Notes: generated from the sequence alone by a model not told the origin. A stretch of 60,136 nt of DNA, filler included, from Sphacelaria rigidula (GCA_964200075.2; 6 parts of 6 records of this genome joined end to end with filler, not necessarily neighbours in it); one strand, 5' to 3'. Shown: positions 46,790 to 60,136, counted from the whole stretch's first letter. Translations and numbers: made by a program.

Positions 46790-48170
46790 CTGTTAGTGGT
46801 ACTGTAAAGATTGGGGATGATGATCAGACATGACGACCAGTCGACATCGAACCATATGTATATCATATATGTTGCATTTTTGCGTTATACTGTTGTATTT
46901 GTGTAATGTGTGCTTTTGTTCAAAAACGGCAAAGCGCGTGGACACTTTTGTAATGTACACCAGTATCTCCACCGTAAGCCGCGGGCAGGAAGGACTGCAC
47001 AGGCGACAAAAAATCAAGACTTTGAATATACCGTCGAGAGGATGACGCGCGGGAGCCAGGAGTTGACGTTCCTTGGTTTGTTTCTGTACTATTTCAATAC
47101 ATACATATATAAATATCTTGATAGCTTTCAAAAACAATTAGTCATCTCACCAGGCCAACTTTCGATCACAATACATGTAGTGAAAAATTACCAAATATCA
47201 CATCAGGCCAATTCGACGCCTTACGTGCATCCTCAATACATAGACTACAGAGTACCAAATCACTGCGCGGTGCGTTTATTCGCGAGGGAACAAATCATAA
47301 ACCATAGAGAGGCTGTAATTCTCATGTCATCATTGCACCGTGGCGAATAACGACAGTTGAGCTGTTTAAAACAAAGCACTCACAAAGAACATGCACACGT
47401 GCGTTCATGATTCCATATATTGATACATATACACATGAAAACAGGAGGGGGAAAAAGTGAATACAAAACTAAATTTCAACAATAAAACATGAACAACTCA
47501 TATCCTGATTCGAACTGCGTCTCCTCGCCGCTCCCATTACACCCACCCGACGACGCCCCTACTGGTCTACGGACTCAAACATCACGTACGGACAATCATC
47601 GCGCTCTAGAGTCCCATGCCGTTGTTCCATTTCCGTACACATCAAACATAATTTCCTACAGTCCGCCCTTCCGGCAATACACGGAAGTTCGGCAAACATG
47701 CGTACAGGGCTCCTCAACCTTCACGAGACGAACACTCCAAGCACACAGTGGAGGTATCCAAGTCCCTGATCAAACGCCTCTTACAACCGAACGCCTGTCT
47801 CGAAGCAGTCGGTTTGAATCACGATGGCAAGCCACCAGCAGCGGCTACCATGACGAGCCATCGACCTATGGAGTCTACACGAGTAGACCCATCTCATAGA
47901 GGAGGGAGGAATGTCTACACCCAACAGTAGCCGGGAAAGAGCCACTTTGAGGGAGACGTCGATTGAGGCAGTAAACAGAATTTTGAATTGTCATGATGTC
48001 GATAATCAGCGACATGTCAGCAGCTTGACCTCGCTCTTGACTCCGGGAACATGCACGTACAGCATATAAAAAAATAAGAGTAGAGTATGTCGCTGCGCAC
48101 TACAATCATGCAACCCTATTACAATTTCGGGTTGAACACTTCGTCCCCCCCCCCCTCCCCTGCCCCCTAC

Positions 48171-48405
48171 CAGAAAATGAAGCAACTCGTTCGAGGCTGT
48201 CATCCACATGCAACATTCGTACGCTTCGGGCCGAACAATCTTGACAACATGAAGTTCACCCTTCACGCGACTCGCCGACCACATCACGGCGCTCCGCGTT
48301 TGGTGTTGCAAGCCAGGTCAGGCAAAAACCCGGCGTACTCCGTCCCGGCTTTGCAGGGATGCGGGGTTTATCGTCTCCCGAATACGGTATGCAAGATCAT
48401 GCGTA
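48171..48405 (+). mobile_element. 5'-truncated copy of the ~500-bp SINE-like element
   Basis: Matches 34505-34742; C-runs on both flanks. Confidence 0.65.
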
Positions 48406-48640
48406 CACCCCCCCACACACTCACCCTCTCACCCAACCGTGACATAGCTAGAGTCTTTAATCCTGCCCGGTGGCACAAGGTCCTGTCAAGGAGAGAATTC
48501 CCGCCTCTGCTCCCAAACGCAAAACATGACATGGAACCATAGTAAAGAGGGCTTGCTCGAATTCTCTCCCTCTGACAGTTGGGGTAGCGGTACGCCGTGC
48601 AGAATACAGCGCGAGCAAGCGAATATCCCCCAGCACTTAC

Positions 48641-48845
48641 CCCTAGCCTTGCTCTCAGCAGCAGGAGCAGCAGAAGCGCCACTTTTGCGCTCCGCAGCCA
48701 GCGTTTCGCCGCGGCGAAGCAAGTCTGCAGCGATGGATCTGGCGGCTTTGAAGCAATCGCCCGCGGACGTCACCACGGCACTAGCGTCTTCCGGGGGGAA
48801 AGCCACCGCGGTAAGGAAGTCATCGAACGACTGCCATTTCGGCAT
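48641..48845 (-). CDS. NAA35: NAA35/MAK10, second-last exon
   Basis: cag|ATG CCG...G|gtaagt; MPKWQSFDDFL...VVTSAGDCFKAARSI. Phase-consistent with neighbouring exons. Confidence 0.8.
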
Positions 48846-49241
48846 CTGGTGTGTCATCATCCAACGGGAAGGAGACACAAGGAGGCCAGGGGAAAACAAC
48901 AGAAGCGCGACATTTTCCCGAGGTCAGAGGACGACGTTCATGCGGTCTGGCAGGAGAGCAGGAACACGGGAACGTTCGGTAAAAACTGGTTGTAGATCCT
49001 TGAACAAGGATGCTAGGTAGGTTCATACTTCGGCCCTCCGCCGGAGAGCATTTGGTTGCGAGATGGTACTTATGAGGGTTGGTGCTTCACCAGAGGACAC
49101 GCATCCAGGCTCAGCGGTACTTGCGTACGGCATTAATAACATGGTGCATTATTTTTTTCCTGATCATATTACCGTAACCACCTCTTCATTGAAGCAAGAG
49201 CACGAATACACGGGATTCATGCATGTTCACCACCCCGCCAA

Positions 49242-49276
<35 letters not shown>

Positions 49277-49341
49277 GTAGCAACAACACAGCGACACGGG
49301 CAACAGTGACAACGACAACAAATCGAACAGAACAAACTCAC

Positions 49342-49528
49342 ATTCAAAGCCTGGAACGGACGATATCGCTCCCGATGCACAATCGCAGCGCTAGTGAACT
49401 GAAAGCTCCCGGCCTCTTGCCCGAACAATTTCAATGACTCCAAAGCTGCCAGCAGTCGGACACTCCCTCGACACAAGCACTGCCGCAGTTTCATATCAGC
49501 AGTCTCCCACTCTCTCCGAGCTTCCCAG
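49342..49528 (-). CDS. NAA35: N-alpha-acetyltransferase 35 (NatC auxiliary subunit, MAK10), third-last exon
   Basis: cag|C TGG...AAT|gtgagt; LRQCLCRGSVRLLAALESL...FTSAAIVHRERYRPFQAL resembles the NAA35 C-terminal 'MCAGMFK...RYEHRFAPF' segment. Confidence 0.8.
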
Positions 49529-50268
49529 CTGCCGATATCACGAAAAGGTCATGAGGATACGATACACCCCAAAAAAATCGAGCGAATAAATAGGGGTGTT
49601 TGCACATACAACATTCATTTGCGATATTTCCGGTTCTTGAATAGAGCTATAGTCAGCTCCGCCTGCTCAGGACCCAAACGCACCGATACGTTCACACCAA
49701 CTTTTGATTCCGCATATTCGACTTCTACCCGGGATGAAGGGCCCTTTCAAAGCTCCACACAAGATTCAGAAAATTGACGAATACATACATGGTTTCGAGA
49801 ACATTCTTACTGCGGTACGCTCAAAACGGTCGATTCAAAAAATCGGATACCAGGTAACTGATAAAAATTAATGATACATCGCTACTCGGAGGTTGAATTG
49901 CAATACTGCATGAACCAGGCCATCACTTTTTGCGGCATATTTTAGCATGCGTTTAGTACCATCGAACATGGGGGAGGAGGGGGGGAGGGGGGGGGGGGCG
50001 GGGGGGACATTTTCTTCAGGATTACATCAGCCTTTTTATTCAGACCCGCGGCCAAAACGTGAAAGATTACAGGGCCACCATACATATATTAAACAACANN
50101 NNNNNNNNNNNNNNNNNNNNNNNNNNNNNNNNNNNNNNNNNNTTAATTAATTAANNNNNNNNNNNNNNNNNNNNNNNNNNNNNNNNNNNNNNNNNNNNAT
50201 GAGATAAGGGGCTCCTAACAATTCTAATCTCAGAAATTATTTCTGTACCCCTACCGAAGCATCACTCT

Positions 50269-50641
50269 TGAACATAAATATGAGGTTCCACCTCACAACA
50301 GTGCTTCTTTCCCTGACCTCAAGTCATGTCAAATGAATTTCATGTGGACGACCTCATCCGCCCGACCTCCCTCATCTATTTTGAGGGATTCCCAGCATTC
50401 CGTTCCCCCTGAGGTGCGAAAGCACCCTGTTGCGTTGATTTCGGGATGAAAAAGGGATACTTTCAAGCCCAAAAATCGTGTTTTTGCACATACCCTCTGG
50501 GGGAACGGAAGACGCGAAGCCCCCCCGAAATAGTTTTAGGGAGGCCGGGGGGATGAGGTCGTCCATATGGAAGTAATTTGTCATGATTTCAGGTCAGGGA
50601 ATGAACTGTTTTGAAGTGGAATGTATCATTTTTATGTTCAA
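50269..50641. mobile_element. Foldback MITE
   Basis: TTGAACATAAA...GGACGACCTCATCC and GGATGAGGTCGTCC...TTTATGTTCAA inverted arms. Confidence 0.7.
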
Positions 50642-51575
50642 TCCCATTTCTCGAAACCCTTGGTTTAGAATCTTAAATTATATCTCAGTACACAGCACCG
50701 GTGAAACTGGAGTTGAGGTTGGGTCACGGTGGACGCGGGTCTCCTGTGAATTATCCTTGACTTCCGTCGTTAAAAACGTGAAGACGTGAGGAGCGAGGAC
50801 ATGAGGACATGAGGACAGTCGACGCAGTGCGGGAGCGCTGACTCAATCCACGATACTAAAGTGTTTGACATGTACTGGAAGAGAGAGAGGTAAGAGCGGT
50901 AAAATAGCTCGATCCCTCGAGACTACGGACCCATCCCGACGAAACCCGAGGAAGGGACGGGATGCACTGCAAGCATAAAAGTATGTGGATGCATATCAAT
51001 GCTTGGCTATACAAGGGCCGCGAAGCACATGGTAACGGGGAGCCAACGTACGAATGTGAACATCGCACAGGAATACTTGTAACGGTGTAGAAGTCGCCCT
51101 CGCCCGTCAGACTCGAGTCGTCGCAAACAGACAAACTTGCACGGTATCTCGGAGCACAGCAACTGTTGACTGCTATGTGAAGCAGACAAAAAAAAAAAAA
51201 GTTGAAACACTGAAAGTGGTTTGCTGTGGTCTCAAAAGGGTTCATTGAGGTCCAAGTAGTGCGTGCTGTGATTGTAATGTGCGCACGGCGGTGTCTTTTG
51301 GCGGAAGGCACGCTGGGTGGCCATCACGTGAGCTCACGACACTGCTGCGACCTCCTATTGGCCTATAAAATCTCTCATGGGACAACAAGGACAACATAAT
51401 GGCGAAAAAAGAAGCAACAACCAAAAGGAGGGAATACATGCTTCTGCCGTATCTGCAGCACGCATTTGCACGGAATGACAATTTTGTACAGTGCTGAGGG
51501 AGCCCTTCATTTCCTCTGCTGTGTGATGTGGGCACATCCACGGATACGCCGGTCTTGGCCCCACAGCTACCCCAG

Positions 51576-51690
51576 CTATCCTCGATCCTGTCGCTTGGCA
51601 GGAAGCCAACGGTGGTCTTTGGCAGCATTCTTCTTTCGCTTCTTTTCCATAAACTTGCCCAGTTTGCCCTCTTCTTTGAGGTCATCGTAC
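51576..51690 (-). CDS. RRP36: RRP36 exon 8 with stop
   Basis: cag|G TAC...TAG; YDDLKEEGKLGKFMEKKRKKNAAKDHRWLP. Confidence 0.92.
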
Positions 51691-51778
51691 CTGATCAAAT
51701 TGGTGAAATGGGGGTATACACGTGTTGGGAAATGAGGTAGGTCAAGTCTCTGGCAAAGCTGGCAAAATTAGACCTCCA

Positions 51779-52215
51779 ACACGGTATTCGACAACCTGGG
51801 GATGGATTTTTCATTGAGGATGAAAAACCCGGAGATTAAAATCTTCGCATCCATACCAAGTCTTGGAAATATGGTTATACTTCTTCACTTGCTGGTAGCT
51901 TTTGACAACTCATACACGCCATACAAATCTGGATTTCGAAAACCGAAATGTTGAGGTCCTAGGTGAAAAACCAACTTTGAGGAATTTCGGCGATCTGATT
52001 ATATCACCTAAATACCTCCCCAAAAAAATCACCGAGGACCCCAACATGTCGGTTATCAGGATCCAAATTTGTATGGCTTGTAGTAGTTGACAATTGCCAC
52101 CAGTAGGTCAAGATGTGAAACTATATTTCGAATATTTGGTGTGGGTGCGAAGCTTTCAATTCTCCGGGTTCTCATCCTCAATAAAAATACATACCCAATT
52201 TGTGAAATCCCGTGT
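51779..52215. mobile_element. Foldback MITE (same family as 35810-36244) in the RRP36 last intron
   Basis: Colinear similarity with 35830-36220; inverted arms. Confidence 0.7.
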
Positions 52216-52655
52216 TTTCTAGCAAATCGAATGCTTTGGAAACCCAAACTTGTCGAGGACAAAAACGACCGGACGATAGTTGTACGTCGTCTCGCATCAA
52301 TCACGAACGGATTTGAAAAGTGGCCATCCTCTACATTCCCCTGCAAATCCTCGGCTCTCGCGTAGGAAGCACAAGTACATATCGAGACAACACGAACTTG
52401 CGTTACAGTAGGTCACGCGCAAGTCACCAGTGTTTTTCTACACATTCATGTTACGGCTAAGATACCCATTTCATTTCAACCCGAACCGTCAACGCTCTAT
52501 GTACCAAGTAGTACGTACGTCGGAGGTCGGAGGTCTGCACTGCTTGCAAAATCACAGTCGAATTGGAGTCAAGACGGTCTCGTTTACCCGCCAAAACGGC
52601 CTTGCCCCACTGATTGGTTTGACGATGTCACCGATGCACCGATGCACCGACGCAC

Positions 52656-52793
52656 CTTTGTTCGAGAGAAAGCCTCTTCTTTTCGCTGCCCTTGAGGAAA
52701 TACGGCTTCTTTCCACCAGCAACAGCTTCCCGCTCTTTCTTCTTCACCTCACGAAGTGCAGCTTGCCGCCGGTCACCCTGGGAACGCTCCGCC
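52656..52793 (-). CDS. RRP36: RRP36 exon 7
   Basis: cag|G GCG...AG|gtgcgt; KKKEREAVAGGKKPYFLKGSEKKRL (GKxPxFLK motif). Confidence 0.92.
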
Positions 52794-53065
52794 CTGTGAG
52801 TGGGTGAACACGGTAACACCCGTGAAAAATGGCGTGCCGTCGACAAAAAAGCTTCAACTCACGTACAGCAAGGCAGGCACTGACTTCGGCGCTCATGATC
52901 GATATGGCAATCCGTTTTCGAAACGCACAGCAAATGGCTAGGAGCGCTTCAAGCCTGTGCATGTGCAACCGCCCTACAAAAATAGTACATTTGTGCCAAG
53001 GATAGAAGCGCGAGGGCCAACAGGTCGTTAATGGAGAATGCAAGCACAAGCATGTGACCGCTCAC

Positions 53066-53115
53066 CTTTCTTGCTGAAGGCGCGTCAGCAAAATCTGCAA
53101 CCGGCTACGTCTTTC
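53066..53115 (-). CDS. RRP36: RRP36 exon 6
   Basis: cag|GAA...AG|gtgagc; ERRSRLQILLTRLQQE. Confidence 0.85.
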
Positions 53116-53454
53116 CTGCACGATGTAAAAGAGCAATTGAAGATGCAAATAATTTATTCACCAGCGCTTATCTCGGTAGCGTTGTTTGGGAAGTGATAGA
53201 ACGGTAGGGTAGGGTAGAGTAGAGCAGGGTAGAGTACGAAATGGTATGTTCGTCTTCTTGATATCGATTCTTTTGATATCGCTCGGCAGCATGCTATTTA
53301 GCTTTTCGAAGCGCGGTAAGGTACGTTATGTATGTACGGTATGGGGCCGGACGACTGCGGCACCTTCGCACTACAACAGAACTATTAGTCTGCAGTACAG
53401 TTTTTTCGCTAATAGAAAAACGTGGTACATCCTACCGTGGTAATCGCAGTGAAA

Positions 53455-53529
53455 CGAGATTCTACTAGGATTTGAACCCCAACTCGCCGACTCGGTGCTA
53501 AGCGCGCGCCTTTGAGCTACACGCACCCC
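53455..53529 (-). pseudogene. tRNA-Ala(AGC)-like pseudogene or SINE head
   Basis: GGGG..TGTAGCTCAAAGG..CGCTTAGCA..GGTTCAAATCC; acceptor stem broken. Confidence 0.5.
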
Positions 53530-54067
53530 ATCACGACCCGGTATTTTGAAGTTTTGTGCGGAATGGCACGGCGATTTCACGGTATTTGCGCGGTGTGGTA
53601 TTCGCGATGCACGGTACAATACTGCACCATGTAGGTACGAGTAATCTGCTATTCATGGAGAGCATGGCATGGTGTTATAGTATTATAGAGATATGTGCTA
53701 CGGCGTTATGCACGGTAGTCGGATTCACGAATTTGTGCGATTTTCTCGCGAAATTTCGTACAGCACACATCCCCCGAAGGGAGTCCAAGGAAGTACAACA
53801 CGACCCAACCAATCTGCTCTTTGGCGACTGACTGCACAGGCGATGAGCACGCGGAGCAGGAAAGACAACAAAGATAACAAAGACAACAATAATTCCAGGT
53901 GATGTCGCCGACGAGCAGCAAGTGTCATGTTGAACACCTCGCTGAAGGCTGGGTCTGGCAGTGTCGAAAAAAATATGGTGGAATCGATTAGGATGCTTTG
54001 CTAAGATGAGCGCGCACAGAACGCAACAGAAAAGGACGCAAGGGGGCATGATGGAGGCGAAAATCAC

Positions 54068-54204
54068 CTGGTTCTTCTCCTTCTTCAAGGACTTCTTGAG
54101 GTCTTCAATCTCCGTGTCCTGGTACGATTCCAAAAAACCGTACGCTTTTCGGAAGATGTCGTAGTTGAGCTTGCTGGATCCTCCTCCACCCTCAAATCGA
54201 GGAT
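54068..54204 (-). CDS. RRP36: RRP36 exon 5
   Basis: tag|AT CCT CGA TTT...CAG|gtgatt; DPRF...FRKAYGFLESYQDTEIEDLKKSLKK (DUF947 core). Confidence 0.92.
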
Positions 54205-54398
54205 CTACGCGCATAAGTATCAGACAAAAGTACTCGTAAGTAGCGTCATCAAGGGTGGGCACCCAATTCACTTTCCATGTTACGTCTATATTACTATAAT
54301 GGACCATCCAAGATAGCTTCACATAGTGCGTGGATGGAGCGACCATGTACCACAGTATCCGCCCTGCTCTGAAATAAAATGGTAGCTTATCGGGTTAC

Positions 54399-54465
54399 CT
54401 CGTGTAGTGCTGCGCTTTCCCGCGACGACTTCTCGGAAACGTCCCACCGCCCGCGAGGAAGAAAC
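54399..54465 (-). CDS. RRP36: RRP36 exon 4
   Basis: aag|GTT...G|gtaacc; VSSSRAVGRFREVV...TR. Confidence 0.85.
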
Positions 54466-54841
54466 CTTTAGACAAGCGCGTGCCGGACGATACGCATGCG
54501 AAGTCCATGTAACGGCGTAAGCACCAAAAGCGCACTTCCCTTCATTTTTCCACCCGTGCGACGTCAGCTGAGGAGGGAGACAACTACCTATGCTGCGCCA
54601 AAACGTCGACATCTTGACAGCTCGAGAAGACAATCATCGAGCGGAGTACAGCGCTTATGACCTCGGTAGCATCTTCGTTTGTGTTGTTTTATTCTTTACC
54701 TGCATGTCGGTAATGCTGACAGGGTGTACCAGGTGCAATAGCATCGCTTGAGTTAACTTTTCGTACCATCTACAAATGAACAGATTAATTTTAATCGAGG
54801 GCAGCTGGCAACATACCTTTGCTGGATTCGACGGGGCTTAC

Positions 54842-54955
54842 CTCCTGCGGCCGATTCTTGTTTACTCGACCTCGCGGCGTGCGACCCCCTGCATCACCAT
54901 TTTCCCGGTGCCCCGGCTGTACGGAGGCTCGATTGCTCTTGTCACACCAAGCGTG
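54842..54955 (-). CDS. RRP36: RRP36 exon 3
   Basis: cag|CAC...GAG|gtaagc; ends RVNKNRPQE (RRP36 KNRPxE motif). Confidence 0.8.
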
Positions 54956-55309
54956 CTGTGGTGGAATATGCGAGCAATCGAGTGTGTCAACTTCAGATAT
55001 TACCACAACTGAACCCACCACCATTTGGTCTTGTCCTTTAATTTGGTATCTTAACGCGGATAACCTACATGACTCATCATCCCCCCTCACCGCATTTTCA
55101 ACACATGATTAACATAATACGGAGGGGAACTCAACAGCATTGGCGCAGGATGTGCAGCGTCCACATAATCGCCAATCGGACCAGAACTGAGTGAAAGCAA
55201 AAAGTGAACGAGGCAGTGCGAAATGATGTGATGTTTTTCGTCGACGAGTTTCGTCAGTATATGCTTCAAAACCATCCCAGATAGATGCAGTGCAGTACCT
55301 AAACAGTAC

Positions 55310-55429
55310 CTTCCGGCTGCCGAGGGCCTCGACAGTTCGTACATCCGCCCCAGAAGGTTGTTGACGCTTGCGTCTTGAGGGTCCAGCGCCATGTGTCAAG
55401 CGCTCTAATCGTTCTCCAAGCGGCTGCTC
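55310..55429 (-). CDS. RRP36: RRP36 exon 2
   Basis: cag|GAG CAG CCG...AAG|gtactg; EQPLGERLERLTHG... Confidence 0.7.
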
Positions 55430-56238
55430 CTGAGTGTGGACAAAAGCGGTTGGTGCAAACCATACAGTGCACCGGCGACAAACGCACAACCGCACATGAC
55501 CACAAACAGTTCTACGCATGAAACCATGGAGGTCCACCCGAGCAGACCAAATCAAAGTGGTGGTGGTGATCACTGTCACCTATGCGATGCGACGCGAACA
55601 AGTCGGCTGTCCGCACAATGAAGCATGCGTACCGTACAGTGCATCTCGCGTTTTGCCCAACCCGTGCACCGCACAGACATGTCCCGGGCCTTCAGTGCAC
55701 CACCAACAAAGCGCTGCAGAATCATCTGTGTCTGGCTTCACCAGATATCTGACATACCACTCCGTTTTGCACTGGCTGCGGTTATGCTTTTCGAAGCAAG
55801 CGTTCACCACCGGGTTGGGAACGGGTAAATATCGCCGTAGAAAAGAAAGCAATACAGTGTGTATTTTTTCTCTGCTGCGTTACATTGCCAATACAACCCC
55901 GCACCGTATATCAGACCTCCACTTGACAGTAGAGATGGGTAAAGTACAGAGTACAGCGGTTTCGAAAAGTGTCGTAATGTACTGCCAAAGTTGCCATGTT
56001 TCTGGCGGGTACTGGGACGCGCACCCCCGTTTTTTTTCAACAAAATGACTATTATATCATCAAAAAACCACGTCCGCCTGCGGGAAGTATGGTGGCTTAT
56101 TTGGCGGCTTGTTTCACCCCTTCAGTGGTGTCGAAGCCGAGCACAGAAACGTGACCCCGGCCACAGTAAAAGTATCCCGTACAGTAGAGTACAGTCAAAG
56201 TCAACTGTACGCAACACGCAACAGCGTAGCCACCTCAC

Positions 56239-56391
56239 CTGCTCCTGACTATCCCCTCCATTCTTCGATTGCACCATGCCCCATCCGTCTTCGCTGCTCG
56301 CGGTACTTACATCACCCACACCACCGTCCTCATCACTGTCATGTTCGGCGGCCACACGACGAGGACCACCTGAAAGTGTCGCACGCGCCAT
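56239..56391 (-). CDS. RRP36: rRNA biogenesis protein RRP36, exon 1 (ATG)
   Basis: ATG at 56391; acidic low-complexity N-terminus; CAG|gtgagg donor. The eight exons total 894 nt = 297 aa + stop. Confidence 0.65.
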
Positions 56392-58717
56392 TTCATGTTA
56401 AAGCACTTTTGATACCCATTTCTTCATGGCGAAGTACAGCCCTCAGCGAGCACAATCGACTGCGAAAACGATTGGAACATACAGTACAGTACTTCAGTAC
56501 CATATTCTTGGTGATTAGTTGCATAATCAATCATGTTGATCCCACAAAGCCTCTCTTTTTGTGGGGGTGATTACCGTCACACTAACCAGGTACAACACTG
56601 TGTGTGATCGCGTTTCAGATTACAGAACGAAAAAATAAAATCACCATCGCCACCATTGTACAATGTGTACCTGTCGTTTCAGCTGTTGGGCGAGATCGAC
56701 CGTCAGCTTGTGTGCAGCGGTGGAAATAACTGTGCCGGAGTTCCACGAGTAGGTAGCCATAGACATGGTATATGTTGAAGGTCAACCTCTTCGTGATTCA
56801 ATGCTCCATCGAGTCTGCTGAGGCTGTGTCTCGTCAATTTTTGTCGACTCCAAAACGTGCGGTGGAATCGAATTGGTCGTAATTAGCTCGTATTTGTCTA
56901 GTCCACGGTACTCATGTTCTCAGATGGCTCCAGGTCTATTTTATAATTATTTACACGCAACGGGCAAGGCGAACAGCAGAAAAGCTCAGCTTTTTCGATC
57001 GAAAACACGCGGCGAAAATGAAAGGAGGGGCACCTGACTCATACTTCCAGACCACCACGCTGGGTACCACCCTTTAACAGAAGATTGCAAACTTCACACA
57101 ATTTTCTCAACAACCCCACGCAAGCCGCAGCATCGATGACGAGTTGAGCGCAGGGAACATACACTACAATGATAGGAAGCCGACACTATCACCCTCTAGG
57201 CATATGTTTTTTTCATTCGGCGCAAACTTCAGCGTCTTGCAATGTAGGGATCAGGAACGGAATTGTGCGGTAGGGTGAACGGCCGACTTCTGACCACGGA
57301 CATGAACAGACAGTACATGCAGTTCAAAACTACACGTTGTCCAAACTTTTTTCACAAAATTTTGTATGAAGAGAGTATGGACGGTCCTGTGCCGTCTGTA
57401 CTGCATGTTACCCCCTTCTCCACCTACTACTGTACGAAGTACAGACAGCACTGTACTGTCTATATTGAATACAAGTAAACAAGTACCGCATCACGAATTC
57501 CACCGTCTTTTTCGATCAAAAGCGTGCAAAATCGCTCGGACCCAAACACAACAAAACGAACTAAATCAATTCCGCTGCACGAATTCTTCGAATCGAAAAA
57601 AATATATATGGGCATGTTTCACACCGACCCTAATGGGAGGAGTTCAGATTTTATTTTTCAAAAAATTGAAAGGGTGGTCACAAAAACGACCACCAGGTAT
57701 TATGGAAGTAAATCATCGAGATCAGAGCCCCACAATTCTGAACGAACCCAAAAACTTGCTAAATCCTGGCCAAGCGCTCAGAATTGGGGGACGATTCTAA
57801 ACGCTTGAGGATCTGTTTAGAATTGATCACAAGAAGTATAATGGGACATGTCATGTTTTACTCTACTACACCACACACAGACGGCTCCCTCATGTGCTGC
57901 ACCTGTCACTGCAAAATCGTGTGTTTAGACCTTGCCAAAATGTCTGGTTTCTGCTGGAATTACCTGAGCTGTTGTAGTGCTATTGTGTTACGAACTGCTG
58001 TCGGCAGGCAAGTGCTGTCTTGTCGAAGTTGAAAATGCTCTACGGTACAGTGCTCGTATGTGTTTGTTGGATGTGTCTTTCGCAACGAACAAGGTCTTTG
58101 ATGCGCAGAGCCAGCATTCCTGTCCTGTAGCTTACAGGTAATGTGGTGCCCTACCAACACGGTTTGATCTGCGCGGAGGATTGCCTGAACTGCAGTACTG
58201 CTGTTGTGTGGCGGTCAGTACACAAGTCTAGACACTGCCGAAAGCGCCACCATCGTGGTGTGTCGAATACCTTGTGTCGTTTGTGAAACCAACAATGCAA
58301 TTTGTGCCCACGTCCATCATTTACATGCTGTAGTTGTCGTTGTACTTTCTGCAGTGCGTGTGAATCCTACGAAAACGGTTTCATTTAAGCTACAGTAGAT
58401 ATTGCCCGACATGCTGAACCGCCCCTGGTCCCGTCTGTACAGATGGTTAGGGACAAAATGCTGTTGACACAAAGTTGGAAAAGCCACGTGACGGCTGTGC
58501 AGCCGTCATGTCTTCTCTGGGTGCTTTTGTACAGATGTACAACTCCTTGGTCACGCCAACTTCAATATATATGTGCAACTCCAACTTTATGCCGTAATAG
58601 AGTGTGTTTTCATCCCCGTTCAGACTCGCGGCAGAGAAAAAACACATGTAAAAACTTTTTTAGATAAATTTTGAATGGCTCCCATTAGAGATGGCCTATT
58701 AGAGTTGGCCTTATCAT

Positions 58718-59180
58718 CTCTAATGGGAGCCGTCCAAAATTCCTTTCGAAAACTGCCTTTTGGGCCCTTCTCCGTCGATTTACGCTCGAAAAGAGATCTA
58801 GGCAGGTGTTGATGCCATGAAATGACTCGCTCCACTCGTCGAGACCGTTCCGGAGCAACCCTGCGTTTCCCCCTGGCCGCACTTTTGTTTTTGATCAAAT
58901 CAGCCCAATCACGAATTTTCAGTGAAAAACGGTCAGGTGATCCAAATTTCTCCCTGTATTTTGATCGCTTGACCGTTTTTCATTGAAAATTCGTGCTCGG
59001 CCGAATATAATAAGAGCGCAGCCAGCGGCAAATGCAAAGTTGCCCTGGATCGGTCTCAATGAGTAGACCAAGTCATTCCGAGGCATCAATATCCGCCGAG
59101 CCCTCTTTTCAGGCGAAAAACGACCCCGAAGGGTAAAAAAAAGCAGTTTAAAACAGGAATTTTGAACGGCTCCCATTAGA
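58718..59180. mobile_element. Foldback element inside a larger inverted-repeat complex
   Basis: CTCTAATGGGAGCCGT...ACGGCTCCCATTAGAG with diverged inverted arms centred near 58950. Confidence 0.65.
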
Positions 59181-60136
59181 GTCGGTCTTGGCACATTATT
59201 TTTCGATCGAAAATGTGCGGTTGAAAAGGCAAACTCCGATCTGATGGGTCGTGATTTCAACTATCGCAGTTTATTTTGAAGATGGTTGAAATCACGACCT
59301 ATCAGATCAGATTATTCTGTTTTTCACCGCACTTTTCTGATCGAAAAAAAGGGGTAGTAAAAATGACATGAGCGAAACTCGCTCCTTTTGTCGAGTTGGG
59401 ACCAGGCGAATTTTCGAGCTTTCGATCGAAAAAAGGCAGTGAAATTGATGAAACAGTACTTGGTCACTTGTATACAGTACAGACCGTCTGTACTGCACTG
59501 TCTGTCTGCATTGTTTGCATGCATTGTCTGGGTGTGTGTATGCGCACGACCATCTATTCTCTCTGCTTACAATGCGACGTGAAGAGGATTTGGACGACGT
59601 GCAGCTTTGTACTGCCTGCACTAATCATGAGCGTGTATGCAAGCCCGTTGCCCACCCTGCCACGCAGTTCCGTCGTCGATCTCTACAGTGAAAGAAGATA
59701 CTCGAGTTTTTGCCAACAAAAAATACCCAACTACTGCAGCGTATCTATCCCTGCGCTCACTCGTGCTCTATGCTGCATGCAGGGTTGCGTTGGTGGCTGA
59801 GAATGAGTTGTGTGGAGTTCGCGCGGCTCTGTGCACTGGTGGTATCTTGCGTGGTTGTCTGCAAGATAGGAATCAAGCGCCGTTTCGTGCCACTCGACCG
59901 CATGTTTTCGATCGAAAAGGCTTAGCTTTTCAGGCTGGATCGCCCAAGACTCGGAAAGGAATGTGAACACGCGATTATGCTACTCAATTTTGGGTCGTTC
60001 ATAACGAAATTTTGACACCATGTACAGGACGTATGTGCGAAGATCCCATCATGCCCGCCCCCCCCTCCCCCCCCCCCTATTCAACAAAAGCTGGTACAAA
60101 GTGTGGGGGCATCGTTAGCCAAGTTTTCGGCAGCGA

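Noticed and set aside
45444-46796. Longest ORF (450 aa, + strand)
   Set aside because: It spans an N-gap and G/C homopolymers, is low complexity, and lies antisense to the NAA35 last exon and 3' region.

Overview
This is eukaryotic genomic DNA, most likely from a brown alga (Phaeophyceae). That inference rests on a brown-algal-type 5S rRNA copy, short exons inside kb-sized introns, and the repeat families present. The window is not one locus. It is six unrelated contigs of descending length (9940, 9940, 9940, 9939, 9939, 9938 bp) joined by artificial 100-nt N44-TTAATTAATTAA-N44 linkers. Genes read by hand splicing: one RadA/Sms exon (contig 1), five exons of a class I myosin motor (contig 3), five exons of a multi-IQ coiled-coil protein with a probable GC-AG intron (contig 4), the last three exons of NAA35/MAK10 plus a possible orphan gene (contig 5), and a complete 8-exon RRP36 (contig 6). 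Most of the rest is transposon-derived: an internally deleted RTE-type LINE, tRNA-derived SINE heads, several MITE/foldback families with identifiable TSDs, and tandem arrays. The most interesting signal is a LINE and a ~500-bp non-autonomous partner that share a ~70-nt structured 3' end (about 10 copies in five contigs) and appear to insert into C-rich/poly(C) tracts. I found no CRISPR array or prokaryote-type system. All homology calls are from motif recognition, not database searches.
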